Below are positions 1 to 8,800 of a stretch of DNA of 64,000 nt, in pieces. The stretch covers positions 7,175-71,174 of the forward strand of contig JBAQJL010000069.1 of the NCBI GenBank assembly GCA_049300295.1. Reading direction: 5' to 3'. The stretch comes from Xanthobacteraceae bacterium. Its GTDB lineage: Bacteria; Pseudomonadota; Alphaproteobacteria; Rhizobiales; Xanthobacteraceae. Under the pieces are notes generated by a model. The model did no database searches. It saw only the letters and a program-made list of their open reading frames with translations, and had not been told where the DNA came from. How positions within the stretch are numbered: position 1 is the first letter of the stretch; each line of letters begins with the position of its first letter. A program made the position numbers and the translations under genes.

Positions 1-729
1 CCCGTCAAGATCGCGCCATGTCTGTATCGAAGGACTTTGCGTGCGAAAGAACCGCGCTACCTCGGCCGCGCCGGCGCCGGGCGCGGCGTAGGGCGCCCAG
101 GTTTCCATGATCGGCATGCCGCCGTGGCGCAGATAGTCGATCACCCACGGCAGATGCAGCAGCGCCTCGAGCATATCGAGCGGCGCGAGCTTGGGCGGCA
201 GGCGAAAGCCGTTGCGCGCATCGCGCTCGCGCTTCGGCGACACCGGATTATCGATGGTCAGCACCAAGGCGCCGAGGCCCGCGTCGCGCGCTCGCCGCAG
301 AAAATCGTCGGAGATTTTTGCATCGCGCGCCGCATAGAGCTGAAACCAGGTATTGGCCGGGTCGATCTGTGCGACCCGTTCGATCGATACCATGCTGGCG
401 CCCGACATGACGAACGGGACGCGGGCCTCGCTCGCCGCGCGCGCCAGCATCAGTTCGGCACCGCGGCGAAAAATTCCGGCAATTCCAGTCGGCGAGATGC
501 CGAACGGGCTGGCATAGGTTCGGCCGAACAGAGATGCCGTTTGCTCGCGTTTGGTCACATCTGCGAACGCGCGCGGCACCAGTCGATGGCGATGAAACTC
601 GGCTTCGTTACGGACAAGCCCGCGCTCATCCTCGACGCCGCTGGCGATGCCCTCATAGACGACGCGCGGCAGGCGCCGCTTGGCGAACCGTTCGATGTCG
701 CCGATGCTGTGCGCTTCGCCGAGCCTCAC
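1..729 (-). CDS. FMN-dependent alpha-hydroxy-acid dehydrogenase (LldD / mandelate dehydrogenase family). N-terminal 243 codons only; the 3' end lies beyond the window start.
   Basis: Absent from the ORF track because no stop codon falls in the window. Manual minus-strand translation from GTG 729..727 (GAGGG 5 nt upstream) gives VRLGEAHSIGDIERFAKRRLPRVVYEGIASGVEDERGLVRNEAEFHRHRLVPR...SPFGISPTGIAG...WFQLYAARD...LVLTIDNPVSPKRERDARNGF. The frame stays open to position 1. This is the typical N-terminal half of FMN hydroxy-acid oxidases/dehydrogenases. Confidence 0.8.
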   Translation of the reverse strand, partial: MRLGEAHSIGDIERFAKRRLPRVVYEGIASGVEDERGLVRNEAEFHRHRLVPRAFADVTKREQTASLFGRTYASPFGISPTGIAGIFRRGAELMLARAASEARVPFVMSGASMVSIERVAQIDPANTWFQLYAARDAKISDDFLRRARDAGLGALVLTIDNPVSPKRERDARNGFRLPPKLAPLDMLEALLHLPWVIDYLRHGGMPIMETWAPYAAPGAGAAEVARFFRTQSPSIQTWRDLDG

Positions 730-737
730 GGCTACCC

Positions 738-1358
738 TCAGGATATCGGCTTGAACAGCGCCCGCCGCATCGGAATATCGAGCAGCGGGGTGACGTGTGC
801 GGCAAAGTCTTTGAACTTCGGCTGCGCGTTATGCGCCTCCCATACGGCCCGGCTGACCCAACGGGCGCAGATCATGCAGTCAAGCGGGTCCGCGCGTCCG
901 CGGTTGAGGTCGAAGCGGATGTTGCCCTGCATGTCGTCGAGATCGCCGCCGATCGCGTCGAGCACGGCGTCGACGGTGTCGGGCTTCATACGGAAACGCA
1001 CCAGCGTGACGTGCCCGGCCTCACCGGTTTTGCCGCCGGCCGGTTTGGCGTTGGTGAGGGCTTGGCTCCAGAAAGTTGCGTCTGGCGCGGCATCGAGCAT
1101 GGGCTTGATGGCGGCAAGATGCGCCGCCATTTCGGGACGCGCGCGATGGGTCTGCAGCGCCGCCTCGTTGGCGAACTCCTCGTAGAGCATGAAATTCAAC
1201 GGGTCATCCTGGTCGCCGTAGAATTCGTACTGCCGGTTGCCTGGTTCGGCCCTTGTCGCCGGCACCGCGGATCGCATCTCCTGCGCAAAGGCGCGTTCCT
1301 GCCCGGCCTTGGCGCGAAAGCGCACCAGGATCACGTAGCCATCAGTTCCATTGCTCAT
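738..1358 (-). CDS. Tandem ABM-domain protein (antibiotic-biosynthesis-monooxygenase / Dabb fold, two repeats)
   Basis: ORF 738..1511 trimmed to ATG 1358 (MSNGTDGYVILVRFRAKAG...), because the upstream 51 codons overlap the MFS gene end. It contains two ABM-like repeats (YVILVRF...FMLYEEF and HVTLVRF...WEAH). Its stop lies 8 nt upstream of the next gene's start. Confidence 0.7.
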   Translation of the reverse strand: MSNGTDGYVILVRFRAKAGQERAFAQEMRSAVPATRAEPGNRQYEFYGDQDDPLNFMLYEEFANEAALQTHRARPEMAAHLAAIKPMLDAAPDATFWSQALTNAKPAGGKTGEAGHVTLVRFRMKPDTVDAVLDAIGGDLDDMQGNIRFDLNRGRADPLDCMICARWVSRAVWEAHNAQPKFKDFAAHVTPLLDIPMRRALFKPIS

Positions 1359-1366
1359 CGTGTTAC

Positions 1367-2695
1367 TCAGGCTGTTTTTTTGGACGGGGCGGCAACGTCC
1401 GCACTCGTGCGGGCAGGGCGGATGAGGAATGCGATCACGCCGGAGACCACCATGGCGCCGGCCAGGACCAGAAGCGCGTCGGTGAACGACCCGGTCGTCT
1501 GCTTGATCCAACCGATGGTGAACGGCGCGATGAAGCCGCCGAGGTTGCCCAAACTATTGACCAGCGCAATGCCGCCGGCTACCGCCGCGCCGGTGAGGAA
1601 AGTTCCGGGCACCACCCAGAACACCGTATAGCCGGCGATGATGCCCATGACGGCGATCGACAGGCAGACGATGCCAAGCAGCGGCGAGCCCACATAGGCA
1701 CTGGCGACAAATCCGATTGCGCCGACGATCAGCGGAATGGCGAGATTGACGTACCGCTCGTTCTTCCGATCCGAATGCCGGCCCCACAGCACCGCCGCCA
1801 CCGCACCACAAATCCACGGGATCGCCGTAACGCTCGACACTTCGAGATTGGACATCGTGCCGAGCGACTTGATGATGGTCGGCATCCAGTTATTGATGCC
1901 CTGCAGACCCATGTTCATGCCGATATAGAGCAGGCCCAGCACCAGCACGCGCCAGTTCAGCAGCGCTGCGCCGATGGTGAATTTCTGCCGCGTCTCCGCG
2001 TGAATCTTTTCGTCCTCCGCGGCAAGCGTGCGCTGCAGCCACTGCCGCTCGTCCTCGTCAAGCCACTGCGCTTTCGCCGGCGTCGGCGTGAGATAGAAAT
2101 ACGTAGCGACCGCAAGGATGATCGCCGGCAGTCCTTCGGCGATGAACAGCCATTGCCAGCCCTTGAAGCCGAGGACGCCGTCGAGCTGCAGCAGAAGGCC
2201 GCCGAGCGGCCCGCCGACAATGCCGGCAAATGGCGTTGCCAGAATCCAGTAGGCCGTGATGCGCGCGCGCTGCCGCAGCGGAATCCACAACAGAATGTAG
2301 AGCGTCATGCCGGGAATGAAGCCGGCCTCGGCTACGCCGAGCAGAAAGCGCATGACGTAGAGCCCGGTGGCGCCGTGGACGAACGCCATGCCCATCGATA
2401 CCAAGCCCCAGGTGAACATGATGCGAGCGAGCCAGATATTCGCGCCGACCCGATGCAGAATGATGTTGCTTGGCACTTCGAACAATATATAGCCGAGAAA
2501 AAAGATGCCCGCGGCGAAGCCGAATGTCGCCGGGTCGATGCCGAGATCCTTGTTCATGGTCAGCGCCGCGAGACCGATATTGGTGCGGTCGAGGAAATTG
2601 ACCATGGTCAGAAGGATCATGAATGGAAACAGACGCCGCGTCACTTTGCTGATGACGGCATTCTCCATGTCGCTCGACGCGTTATCAGTCTGCAT
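1367..2695 (-). CDS. MFS transporter, anion:cation symporter type (tartrate / phthalate / hydroxy-aromatic acid permease-like)
   Basis: 442 aa with about 12 hydrophobic segments. The N-terminal FLDRTNIGLAAL..GFAAGIFFLGY pattern is typical of ACS-family MFS permeases. Confidence 0.85.
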   Translation of the reverse strand: MQTDNASSDMENAVISKVTRRLFPFMILLTMVNFLDRTNIGLAALTMNKDLGIDPATFGFAAGIFFLGYILFEVPSNIILHRVGANIWLARIMFTWGLVSMGMAFVHGATGLYVMRFLLGVAEAGFIPGMTLYILLWIPLRQRARITAYWILATPFAGIVGGPLGGLLLQLDGVLGFKGWQWLFIAEGLPAIILAVATYFYLTPTPAKAQWLDEDERQWLQRTLAAEDEKIHAETRQKFTIGAALLNWRVLVLGLLYIGMNMGLQGINNWMPTIIKSLGTMSNLEVSSVTAIPWICGAVAAVLWGRHSDRKNERYVNLAIPLIVGAIGFVASAYVGSPLLGIVCLSIAVMGIIAGYTVFWVVPGTFLTGAAVAGGIALVNSLGNLGGFIAPFTIGWIKQTTGSFTDALLVLAGAMVVSGVIAFLIRPARTSADVAAPSKKTA

Positions 2696-2742
2696 ATCTT
2701 CCTCCCCCTTGGAACACGATCGGTCCCGTATTTCTTAAACGC

Positions 2743-3954
2743 TTAAAACATCGGATAGGCCGGATTGAGCGGCAGGCCGAATGCCATGCGGCCGAAATTT
2801 TCCGCCGGGATGTCCCAGTTCATCACCACGTGCGAGGAGATCGCATGCGCGTCGCGCCAGCAGCGCTGGATGCTGTTGTCGTCCATCAGCCCGCTTGAGC
2901 CGGAAATCTTGACGAGATCATCCATGGCCTCGCGCAGCGTCCGCACCGCAAAGGTGAAATCGCGCCGCAGCAATGTACGCGTCTCAAGCGTCATGTCGGC
3001 ATAATCCTGCCGCGCCAGCTTGAACGCACGGCGCGCCAACTGCTCCGCCGCGTCGATCTGCGCCGCGATTTCCGCGATACGGATTTGAACCGGCACATGC
3101 TGGGCAATGCTGAGCGGCGTGTAGGTGAGATAGCGCTGGCGCGTCCAGGTGGTGAAATCGGCATAGCCGCCGCGCGCCAGTCCCAACACCGGCGCGAGCA
3201 GCGCGTAGCTGTGCATCGCGATGAACGGCGCGCGGTAGATCGGATGGGTGTTGACCTTCGATCCCGGCGAGTTGCCTTCGCGCAAGGTCGAGAACGAGAC
3301 GCTGCGATGCTCCGGCACGAACACGTCGTCGAGCACCGCGGTATTCGAGCCGCTGGCGCGCAGGCCGGCGCAATGCCAAGTGTCGTCCTGCTTGAGATCG
3401 GACACCGGCACCAGATAAAGCCGCATGTCGGGATGATCTTCGCCGGCACAGTGCACCAGGCCGCCGATCATGATCCAGTGCGAGTGGCGAAGCCCCGAGC
3501 ACCACGACCAGCGCCCGCTGAGCCGGTAGCCGCCTGGAGCGGCAGTCACCGTGCCGGTCGGGGCTGCGGAGGTGGCAATGCAGGCCGCCTTGTCGCGGCT
3601 CCAGACTTCGTGCTGCGCCTCTTCGGGAAACAGCGCCAGCATGCAGGCGTGGTCCGCGAGATAATTGAGGCACCAGGCCGAGGACCCGCAGGTCGACTTG
3701 CCAAGCTCGACCGCGATGTCGAAGGCGACTTCGTGATCGTGCTCGTAGCCGCCCCAGCGCTTCGGCTGCAGCGTGTGAATGAGGCCGGCATCGATGAATT
3801 CGTCGACCGACTCCTGCGGGATGTTGCGGTCGCGCTCGGCGCGTACGGCGCGTTCGCGCAGCTTCGGCGCCAACGCGCGGGCGCGTCCGACGAGTTCATC
3901 GGCTGTCGGAATGGATTTGGATGCGGCCGCCGGTTGCAGTTCGGCGATGCTCAT
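2743..3954 (-). CDS. Flavin-dependent monooxygenase with acyl-CoA-dehydrogenase fold (HsaA / HpaH-C2 / group D oxygenase component)
   Basis: 403 aa. The sequences ...RAERDRNIPQESVDEFIDAGLIHTLQPKRWGGYE..., GYRLSGRWSWCSG and the C-terminal helical domain match two-component oxygenase components. Confidence 0.75.
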   Translation of the reverse strand: MSIAELQPAAASKSIPTADELVGRARALAPKLRERAVRAERDRNIPQESVDEFIDAGLIHTLQPKRWGGYEHDHEVAFDIAVELGKSTCGSSAWCLNYLADHACMLALFPEEAQHEVWSRDKAACIATSAAPTGTVTAAPGGYRLSGRWSWCSGLRHSHWIMIGGLVHCAGEDHPDMRLYLVPVSDLKQDDTWHCAGLRASGSNTAVLDDVFVPEHRSVSFSTLREGNSPGSKVNTHPIYRAPFIAMHSYALLAPVLGLARGGYADFTTWTRQRYLTYTPLSIAQHVPVQIRIAEIAAQIDAAEQLARRAFKLARQDYADMTLETRTLLRRDFTFAVRTLREAMDDLVKISGSSGLMDDNSIQRCWRDAHAISSHVVMNWDIPAENFGRMAFGLPLNPAYPMF

Positions 3955-4093
3955 TTCGTTTCCTCCGCTTGGTCAAAGTGTGCGCCTGGAGCGTATGCGG
4001 ATCAAGGCTGCGGCGCGGCGCACTGTCGCGTGCAAGCCGTCGTTGCACGTCGAAAGGAATTTGGCTGTAGTGTCGGGCCGTTACCGGGAGACG

Positions 4094-5149
4094 ATGATGC
4101 AAAGATTTGCCGCGCAAAGACTTGCCCTGCGCGCGAGAGCCATCGCCGCTGCAACTCTGCTGTTCGCGGCCGCGGCGCAGAGTGCCACCGCACAAACGGT
4201 CGAGCAGTTCTACAAGGGCCGCCAACTGACCATGCTGGTCTTTACCGGCCCCGGCTCGACCTACGACATTTATGCGCGCGTGCTGGCACGCCACTTCGGC
4301 GACCACGTTCCGGGCAAGCCAGTCGTCATTGTGCAGAACATGCTGGGTGCCGGTGGGCTCAAGGTCGAACAGTATATCTACCGGATTGCGCCCAAGGACG
4401 GCACCGTCGTGGGCACGATCGGGCGCGGCCTGCCGTTCGAACCGCTGCTGGGCGAGAACGAGGTCAACGTCGATCCGCTCAAATTCACCTGGCTCGGCAG
4501 CATGAACCGCGACGTCAGCCTGGCAATGTCGTGGCATACGTCGAAGATCAAGACTTTCGCCGATCTGCAACAGCACCAGCTGCTGGTTCCAGGTACCGGC
4601 GCCGGTGCCGATTCCGAGATATTGCCGCTTGCCTTCAACCGTCTCGCCGGCACGCAGTTCAAGATCATCGAAGGCTATCGCGATACGCCTGTTGCGGCGC
4701 TCGCCATGGAGCGGGGCGAACTCGACGGCTTGGCGTACTGGTCATGGAGTTCGATCATGGCGGCGCATCCCGATTGGATACGAGACAAGAAGGTCAACCT
4801 CCTGTTTCACACCGGCCTCAATCCAATCTCCGAAGTGCCGCAAGTCCCAAGCCTTCGCAACCTCGTCACCAATCCGACCGACAAGGCGGCGCTGGCGTTT
4901 CTTCTGGCGCGGGAAATCATCGGGCGGCCATTCCTTGCGCCACCGGATTTACCTCCCGACCGGGCCGCAGCTCTTCGCTCCGCGTTTGCGGCGACCTTGC
5001 GCGATCCAGCATTCCTGCAGGACGCCAAACGCACGCGACTCGATGTCTCGCTGGTGACGGGAGCGGATGTCGATGCGCTGCTCAAGGACAGCGCCGGCGC
5101 GCCGAAGGATGTGCTCGCACGGGTCAAACAGGCGCTGGGCCGCAAATAG
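4094..5149 (+). CDS. Periplasmic solute-binding protein, divergent Bug/TctC-like
   Basis: ORF 3779..5149 trimmed to ATGATG at 4094 (GGGAG 5 nt upstream). Signal peptide MMQRFAAQRLALRARAIAAATLLFAAAAQSATA. The motif order is Bug-like (..DIYARVLA.., NMLGAGG, PKDGT, GTGAGADS). Confidence 0.6.
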   Translation: MMQRFAAQRLALRARAIAAATLLFAAAAQSATAQTVEQFYKGRQLTMLVFTGPGSTYDIYARVLARHFGDHVPGKPVVIVQNMLGAGGLKVEQYIYRIAPKDGTVVGTIGRGLPFEPLLGENEVNVDPLKFTWLGSMNRDVSLAMSWHTSKIKTFADLQQHQLLVPGTGAGADSEILPLAFNRLAGTQFKIIEGYRDTPVAALAMERGELDGLAYWSWSSIMAAHPDWIRDKKVNLLFHTGLNPISEVPQVPSLRNLVTNPTDKAALAFLLAREIIGRPFLAPPDLPPDRAAALRSAFAATLRDPAFLQDAKRTRLDVSLVTGADVDALLKDSAGAPKDVLARVKQALGRK

Positions 5150-5222
5150 AATCTCCCAGTTGACGGCGGCGTGAAACCGGCCTTTTGATCCGGCGGCTGA
5201 TCGAATCGGTGGGGGGAACGAC

Positions 5223-6020
5223 TTGCCTGGACGTGTAGCAGGAAAGGTGGCGCTGATCAGCGGCGCCGGTTGCGTCGGCCCCGGTTGGGGCAACGGCCGT
5301 GCGGCTGCGGTGCTGTTCGCGCGCGAAGGCGCCAAGGTCTTTGCTGTCGACAAGAACGCGGAATCGATGACCGAAACGGTCGCGCGCGTCGGCAACGACG
5401 GCGAGATCGCGACGCATGTCTGCGACATCACCGACGATGCACAGGTGCGGGCGATGGTCGAGGCCTGCCGCAAAACCTTCGGCCGTGTCGATATTCTGGT
5501 CAACAACGTGGGCGGCTCGGCACCGGGCGGTGTTGCCGAAATGGCCGAGGAGACGTTCGACCATCAGCTCGAATACAATCTCAAAACCGTGTTTCTGACC
5601 TGCCGCCATGTCATCCCCGTCATGGTCGAGCAGGGCGACGGCGCGATCGTCAATACCGCCTCGACTTCGGGCATCACCTATTCGGGCTCGCCGCAGATCG
5701 GCTATGCATCGTCGAAGGCCGCCGTGATCCAGTTTTCGCGCGTAACGGCTGTGCAATACGCTAAGCATGGCATTCGCGTGAATACGGTCATTCCCGGCCA
5801 GATGCACACGCCCATGGTGGAAACGCGCCTTGCCAAACAGCGCACCGGCGGCAATGTCGAGGCCTTGCTCAAAGCGCGGATCGCCCGCATCCCGCTCGGC
5901 TTTGCGGGCGATGGACGCGACACGGCAGCCGCGGTGCTGTTTCTCGCTTCCGACGAAGCGCGCTTTGTCACCGGCACCGAGATCGTGGTCGACGGCGGCA
6001 TGACGGCGCGCAGCGATTGA
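5223..6020 (+). CDS. Short-chain dehydrogenase/reductase (SDR)
   Basis: 265 aa, TTG start. It has the N-terminal glycine-rich dinucleotide loop (VALISGAG..G), NNVG, and the catalytic YASSKAA (YxxxK). Confidence 0.9.
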   Translation: MPGRVAGKVALISGAGCVGPGWGNGRAAAVLFAREGAKVFAVDKNAESMTETVARVGNDGEIATHVCDITDDAQVRAMVEACRKTFGRVDILVNNVGGSAPGGVAEMAEETFDHQLEYNLKTVFLTCRHVIPVMVEQGDGAIVNTASTSGITYSGSPQIGYASSKAAVIQFSRVTAVQYAKHGIRVNTVIPGQMHTPMVETRLAKQRTGGNVEALLKARIARIPLGFAGDGRDTAAAVLFLASDEARFVTGTEIVVDGGMTARSD

Positions 6021-6033
6021 TTAAGGGAAGTTC

Positions 6034-6921
6034 ATGGCCATCGATCCCAACGATTTGACGCCGACCATCGCGCCGCCGGACCCGCATCCGAAAAAGCCGC
6101 GCGTCGCGTTGCCGCCGCTCGCCTGCGATTCGCATTTTCATGTGTTCGGGCCGCATCGGATATTTCCCTACGCGCCGGATCGGCCGTTTACGCCGACCGA
6201 TGCGCCCAAGGAGGATTTGTTCCGGCTGCATGAATTTCTCGGCTTCCAGCGTGGCGTGTTCGTGCATTCGACTTGTCATGGCAGCGATCACGCGGTGCTC
6301 CTCGACATGCTCGCCGACGGCAAGGGCCGCTATCGCGGCGTGGCGCTGCTCCGGCCGACGACGGCGCAGGCCGAGGTCGACCGTCTCGACGACGCGGGCG
6401 TGCGCGGCGTGCGCCTGCACTTCTTCGCGTCGCATCTCGAGCCGCCGATGTCGCGCGACGACATGCGCAAGGTCATCGAGCTGGCGGCGCCTTACGGCTG
6501 GCACATCGCCATGCACATGGGCGGCCACGGTATCCTGGAACTCTACGATTTCATCACCTCGATCGACGCGGCGGTAGTGATCGATCACATCGGACGCATC
6601 GATGTCGGCGAAGGCTTGCGCGGCCAGACGTTCACGGTGCTCCGCCGTCTGCTCGACCGCGGCAACATCTGGGTCAAACTGTCGGGCACCGACCGCATCA
6701 CCAAACAAGCATATCCCTACGCAGACGCCGTGCCGTTCGCCCGCGATCTCGCGGCGCACGCGCCGGAGCGCGTGGTCTGGGGCACCGACTGGCCACACCC
6801 CAATCACAACGCCGTACCCAATGACGGCGATCTGGTCGATCTGATCGCCGAAATCGCTCCCGCCGCGCGCACGCGTCAGTTGATGCTGGTCGACAATCCG
6901 GCGCGGTTGTTCGGCTTTTAG
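6034..6921 (+). CDS. Amidohydrolase-2 family hydrolase (2-pyrone-4,6-dicarboxylate lactonase / LigI-like)
   Basis: 295 aa. It has the DSHFHVFGP metal-binding start, DH..R, and WGTDWPHPN near the C-terminus. Confidence 0.8.
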   Translation: MAIDPNDLTPTIAPPDPHPKKPRVALPPLACDSHFHVFGPHRIFPYAPDRPFTPTDAPKEDLFRLHEFLGFQRGVFVHSTCHGSDHAVLLDMLADGKGRYRGVALLRPTTAQAEVDRLDDAGVRGVRLHFFASHLEPPMSRDDMRKVIELAAPYGWHIAMHMGGHGILELYDFITSIDAAVVIDHIGRIDVGEGLRGQTFTVLRRLLDRGNIWVKLSGTDRITKQAYPYADAVPFARDLAAHAPERVVWGTDWPHPNHNAVPNDGDLVDLIAEIAPAARTRQLMLVDNPARLFGF

Positions 6922-6930
6922 ACGCTGCCG

Positions 6931-7896
6931 CTACTCGGCGCTAATGCCCAGCATTTTGATACGTCCCGGCCACTCGGCGAATTGTTTGCTCAACATCGCG
7001 GCGAAGGCGTCGTGGTCGAGCGCGCCGTGGGTGCCGTCGGTTGCGAACCGCGCCTTGACGGCGGGCGTGGCAATCACCGCGAATGCCGCCCGCTCGATTC
7101 GGTCGCGCACGTCCTTTGGCGTGCCGGCGGGGAACAGGAGACCGTACCAGTTCTCCATGATCATGTCCGGAAAGCCGGCCTCCTTGGTGGTCGGCAGATC
7201 GGGCAACAGAGGTGTGCGCTCGGGCGAGAACACCGCCAGCGCCTTGACCTTGCCGGCTTTCACCAGCGGCAGCAGTACCGGCAGGTCGGCGTTGAGCGTG
7301 TCGATATGGCCGCCGAGCAGATCGGTGATGGCCGGCGCGGCGCCGCGATAGGGGACATGAGTGATCTTCACGCCCGCTGCCTTGTTGAGCATTTCGAGCG
7401 CGATGTTCATGGTGGTGCCGAGGCCGGCCGAGCCGTAGCTCAACTGCTGCTGCTTGGCCTTGGCGATCAGGTCGGCGAGTGTCGCGATGCCGGATTTCGG
7501 ATTGACCACGATCAGCGACGGCACCGAACCGATCAGCATGATCGGTTCGAATGATTTGACGGGATCGTAGTTCGCCGGTGGTTTGAGGATCGGGCCGATG
7601 ACGAAGGCGCCGAGACTCGCCAGCAGCACGGTCTTGCCGTCGGGATTGGCGCGCGCCACGAATTCGCAGGCGATGGCGCCGCCGGCGCCGCCGCGGTCAT
7701 CGACGATGACATCTTCGCCGAGCTTCGGGCTGAGCCCGTTGGCGAGCACCCGGGCGAGTTGATCGACAGGACCGCCCGCCGCGAATGGCACCACGATCTT
7801 GATCGGTTCGGCCGACGCCGGCCGCGTCGGCATCAAACACGCGGCAAAGCACGCGCTGAGCAGCCAAATTGGAAAGCGTTTCATCCCAGCCCCCAT
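6931..7896 (-). CDS. Bug-family (TctC-like) tripartite tricarboxylate transporter substrate-binding protein
   Basis: 321 aa with a signal peptide, then IKIVVPFAAGGPVDQLARVLA..DDRGGAGG..ANPDGKTVLL..HVPYRGAAPA. No tctA/tctB lies adjacent. Confidence 0.85.
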   Translation of the reverse strand: MGAGMKRFPIWLLSACFAACLMPTRPASAEPIKIVVPFAAGGPVDQLARVLANGLSPKLGEDVIVDDRGGAGGAIACEFVARANPDGKTVLLASLGAFVIGPILKPPANYDPVKSFEPIMLIGSVPSLIVVNPKSGIATLADLIAKAKQQQLSYGSAGLGTTMNIALEMLNKAAGVKITHVPYRGAAPAITDLLGGHIDTLNADLPVLLPLVKAGKVKALAVFSPERTPLLPDLPTTKEAGFPDMIMENWYGLLFPAGTPKDVRDRIERAAFAVIATPAVKARFATDGTHGALDHDAFAAMLSKQFAEWPGRIKMLGISAE

Positions 7897-8007
7897 TTTG
7901 ACGGCATCGTGAGCCTTCTAGCGGCGGCCGTCCAGTCATTGGGATCTCTGAGCAAACAGATTCTGAAATAGCGCCAGATCGTGCGCGACGGAGCAAAAAG
8001 CCGTTGC

Positions 8008-8784
8008 TTACTCCGCTGCTTCCCGCTGCTCATATAGAAACGGCAGGATTCGCGTCGGCTCGCCGGCCTTTGCCACCAGCACGTGGCTTTCAGGAATCGG
8101 CGTCCAGTTATGGTGATCCTTGTCGAGCGGTTCGGAAACCACAACGATGCTCTGCTCGGATTCCCGATAATAAAGCGTATTGGCGCGATCGTTTACCGCA
8201 TAGCGGAAAGCGTACAGGTCCCGGCCGTTGGCGAGGGCGGCGGTGAACCGCATGCGGTCCGGGCCGACCAGATCGGCGAGCCGCGCCAGCGTCGTTTGTG
8301 TCGCGGCGACCGGATCGTCCATTCCGGCTCCCATGATGGCGAGAAAAATCGCCTCCGAATCGGTGGTGCCGACCCGCGCAGGGTAAAGCGCGTCGGGAAT
8401 CAGCGCCTCGACCTGACGGCGCAGCCTCGCCCAGTTGCCGATGAAGCCATTGTGCATGAACAGCCACTTGCTGCAGGCAAAGGGGTGGCAATTCGGCCGG
8501 GTAATCGGTGTGCCGGTTGCGGCGCGCACATGGGCAAAGAACAGGTGCGACTGCAGGTGCCGGCACAGGTAGCGCAGGTTCTCGTCGGACCAGGCCGGCC
8601 GGATTTCGCGATACAGGCCGGGTTCGGGATGAGCTCCGTACCAGCCGAGCCCGAAGCCATCCCCATTGACGCTCGCCGTCGATTCGAGCGCCGCGATGCT
8701 CTGGGTCACCAGCGAATGTGACGGCGAGGTCACATAATGCTCGAGAGCGGTCGTTTCCCCGCGATAGGCGATCCAGCGGCACAT
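8008..8784 (-). CDS. Class II glutamine amidotransferase-fold protein (YafJ / EgtC-like)
   Basis: 258 aa. It has the N-terminal MC nucleophile (MCRWIAY), then GDGFGLGWY, HVRAATG...NCHPF and MHNGFIGNW. Confidence 0.85.
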   Translation of the reverse strand: MCRWIAYRGETTALEHYVTSPSHSLVTQSIAALESTASVNGDGFGLGWYGAHPEPGLYREIRPAWSDENLRYLCRHLQSHLFFAHVRAATGTPITRPNCHPFACSKWLFMHNGFIGNWARLRRQVEALIPDALYPARVGTTDSEAIFLAIMGAGMDDPVAATQTTLARLADLVGPDRMRFTAALANGRDLYAFRYAVNDRANTLYYRESEQSIVVVSEPLDKDHHNWTPIPESHVLVAKAGEPTRILPFLYEQREAAE

Positions 8785-8800
8785 GCTATTGCCTCAAGCG

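Noticed and set aside
37-1185. A 382-aa plus-strand ORF at the window start.
   Set aside because: It is antisense to the hand-translated FMN hydroxy-acid dehydrogenase (1..729) and to the ABM gene. It has no motifs and is Arg/Ala-rich.
3085-5163. A 692-aa plus-strand ORF, the longest in this area.
   Set aside because: It is antisense to the monooxygenase gene and out of frame through the binding-protein gene. It has the Arg/Ala/Gly-rich composition of a typical high-GC shadow ORF. The true genes on the other frames have clear family motifs.
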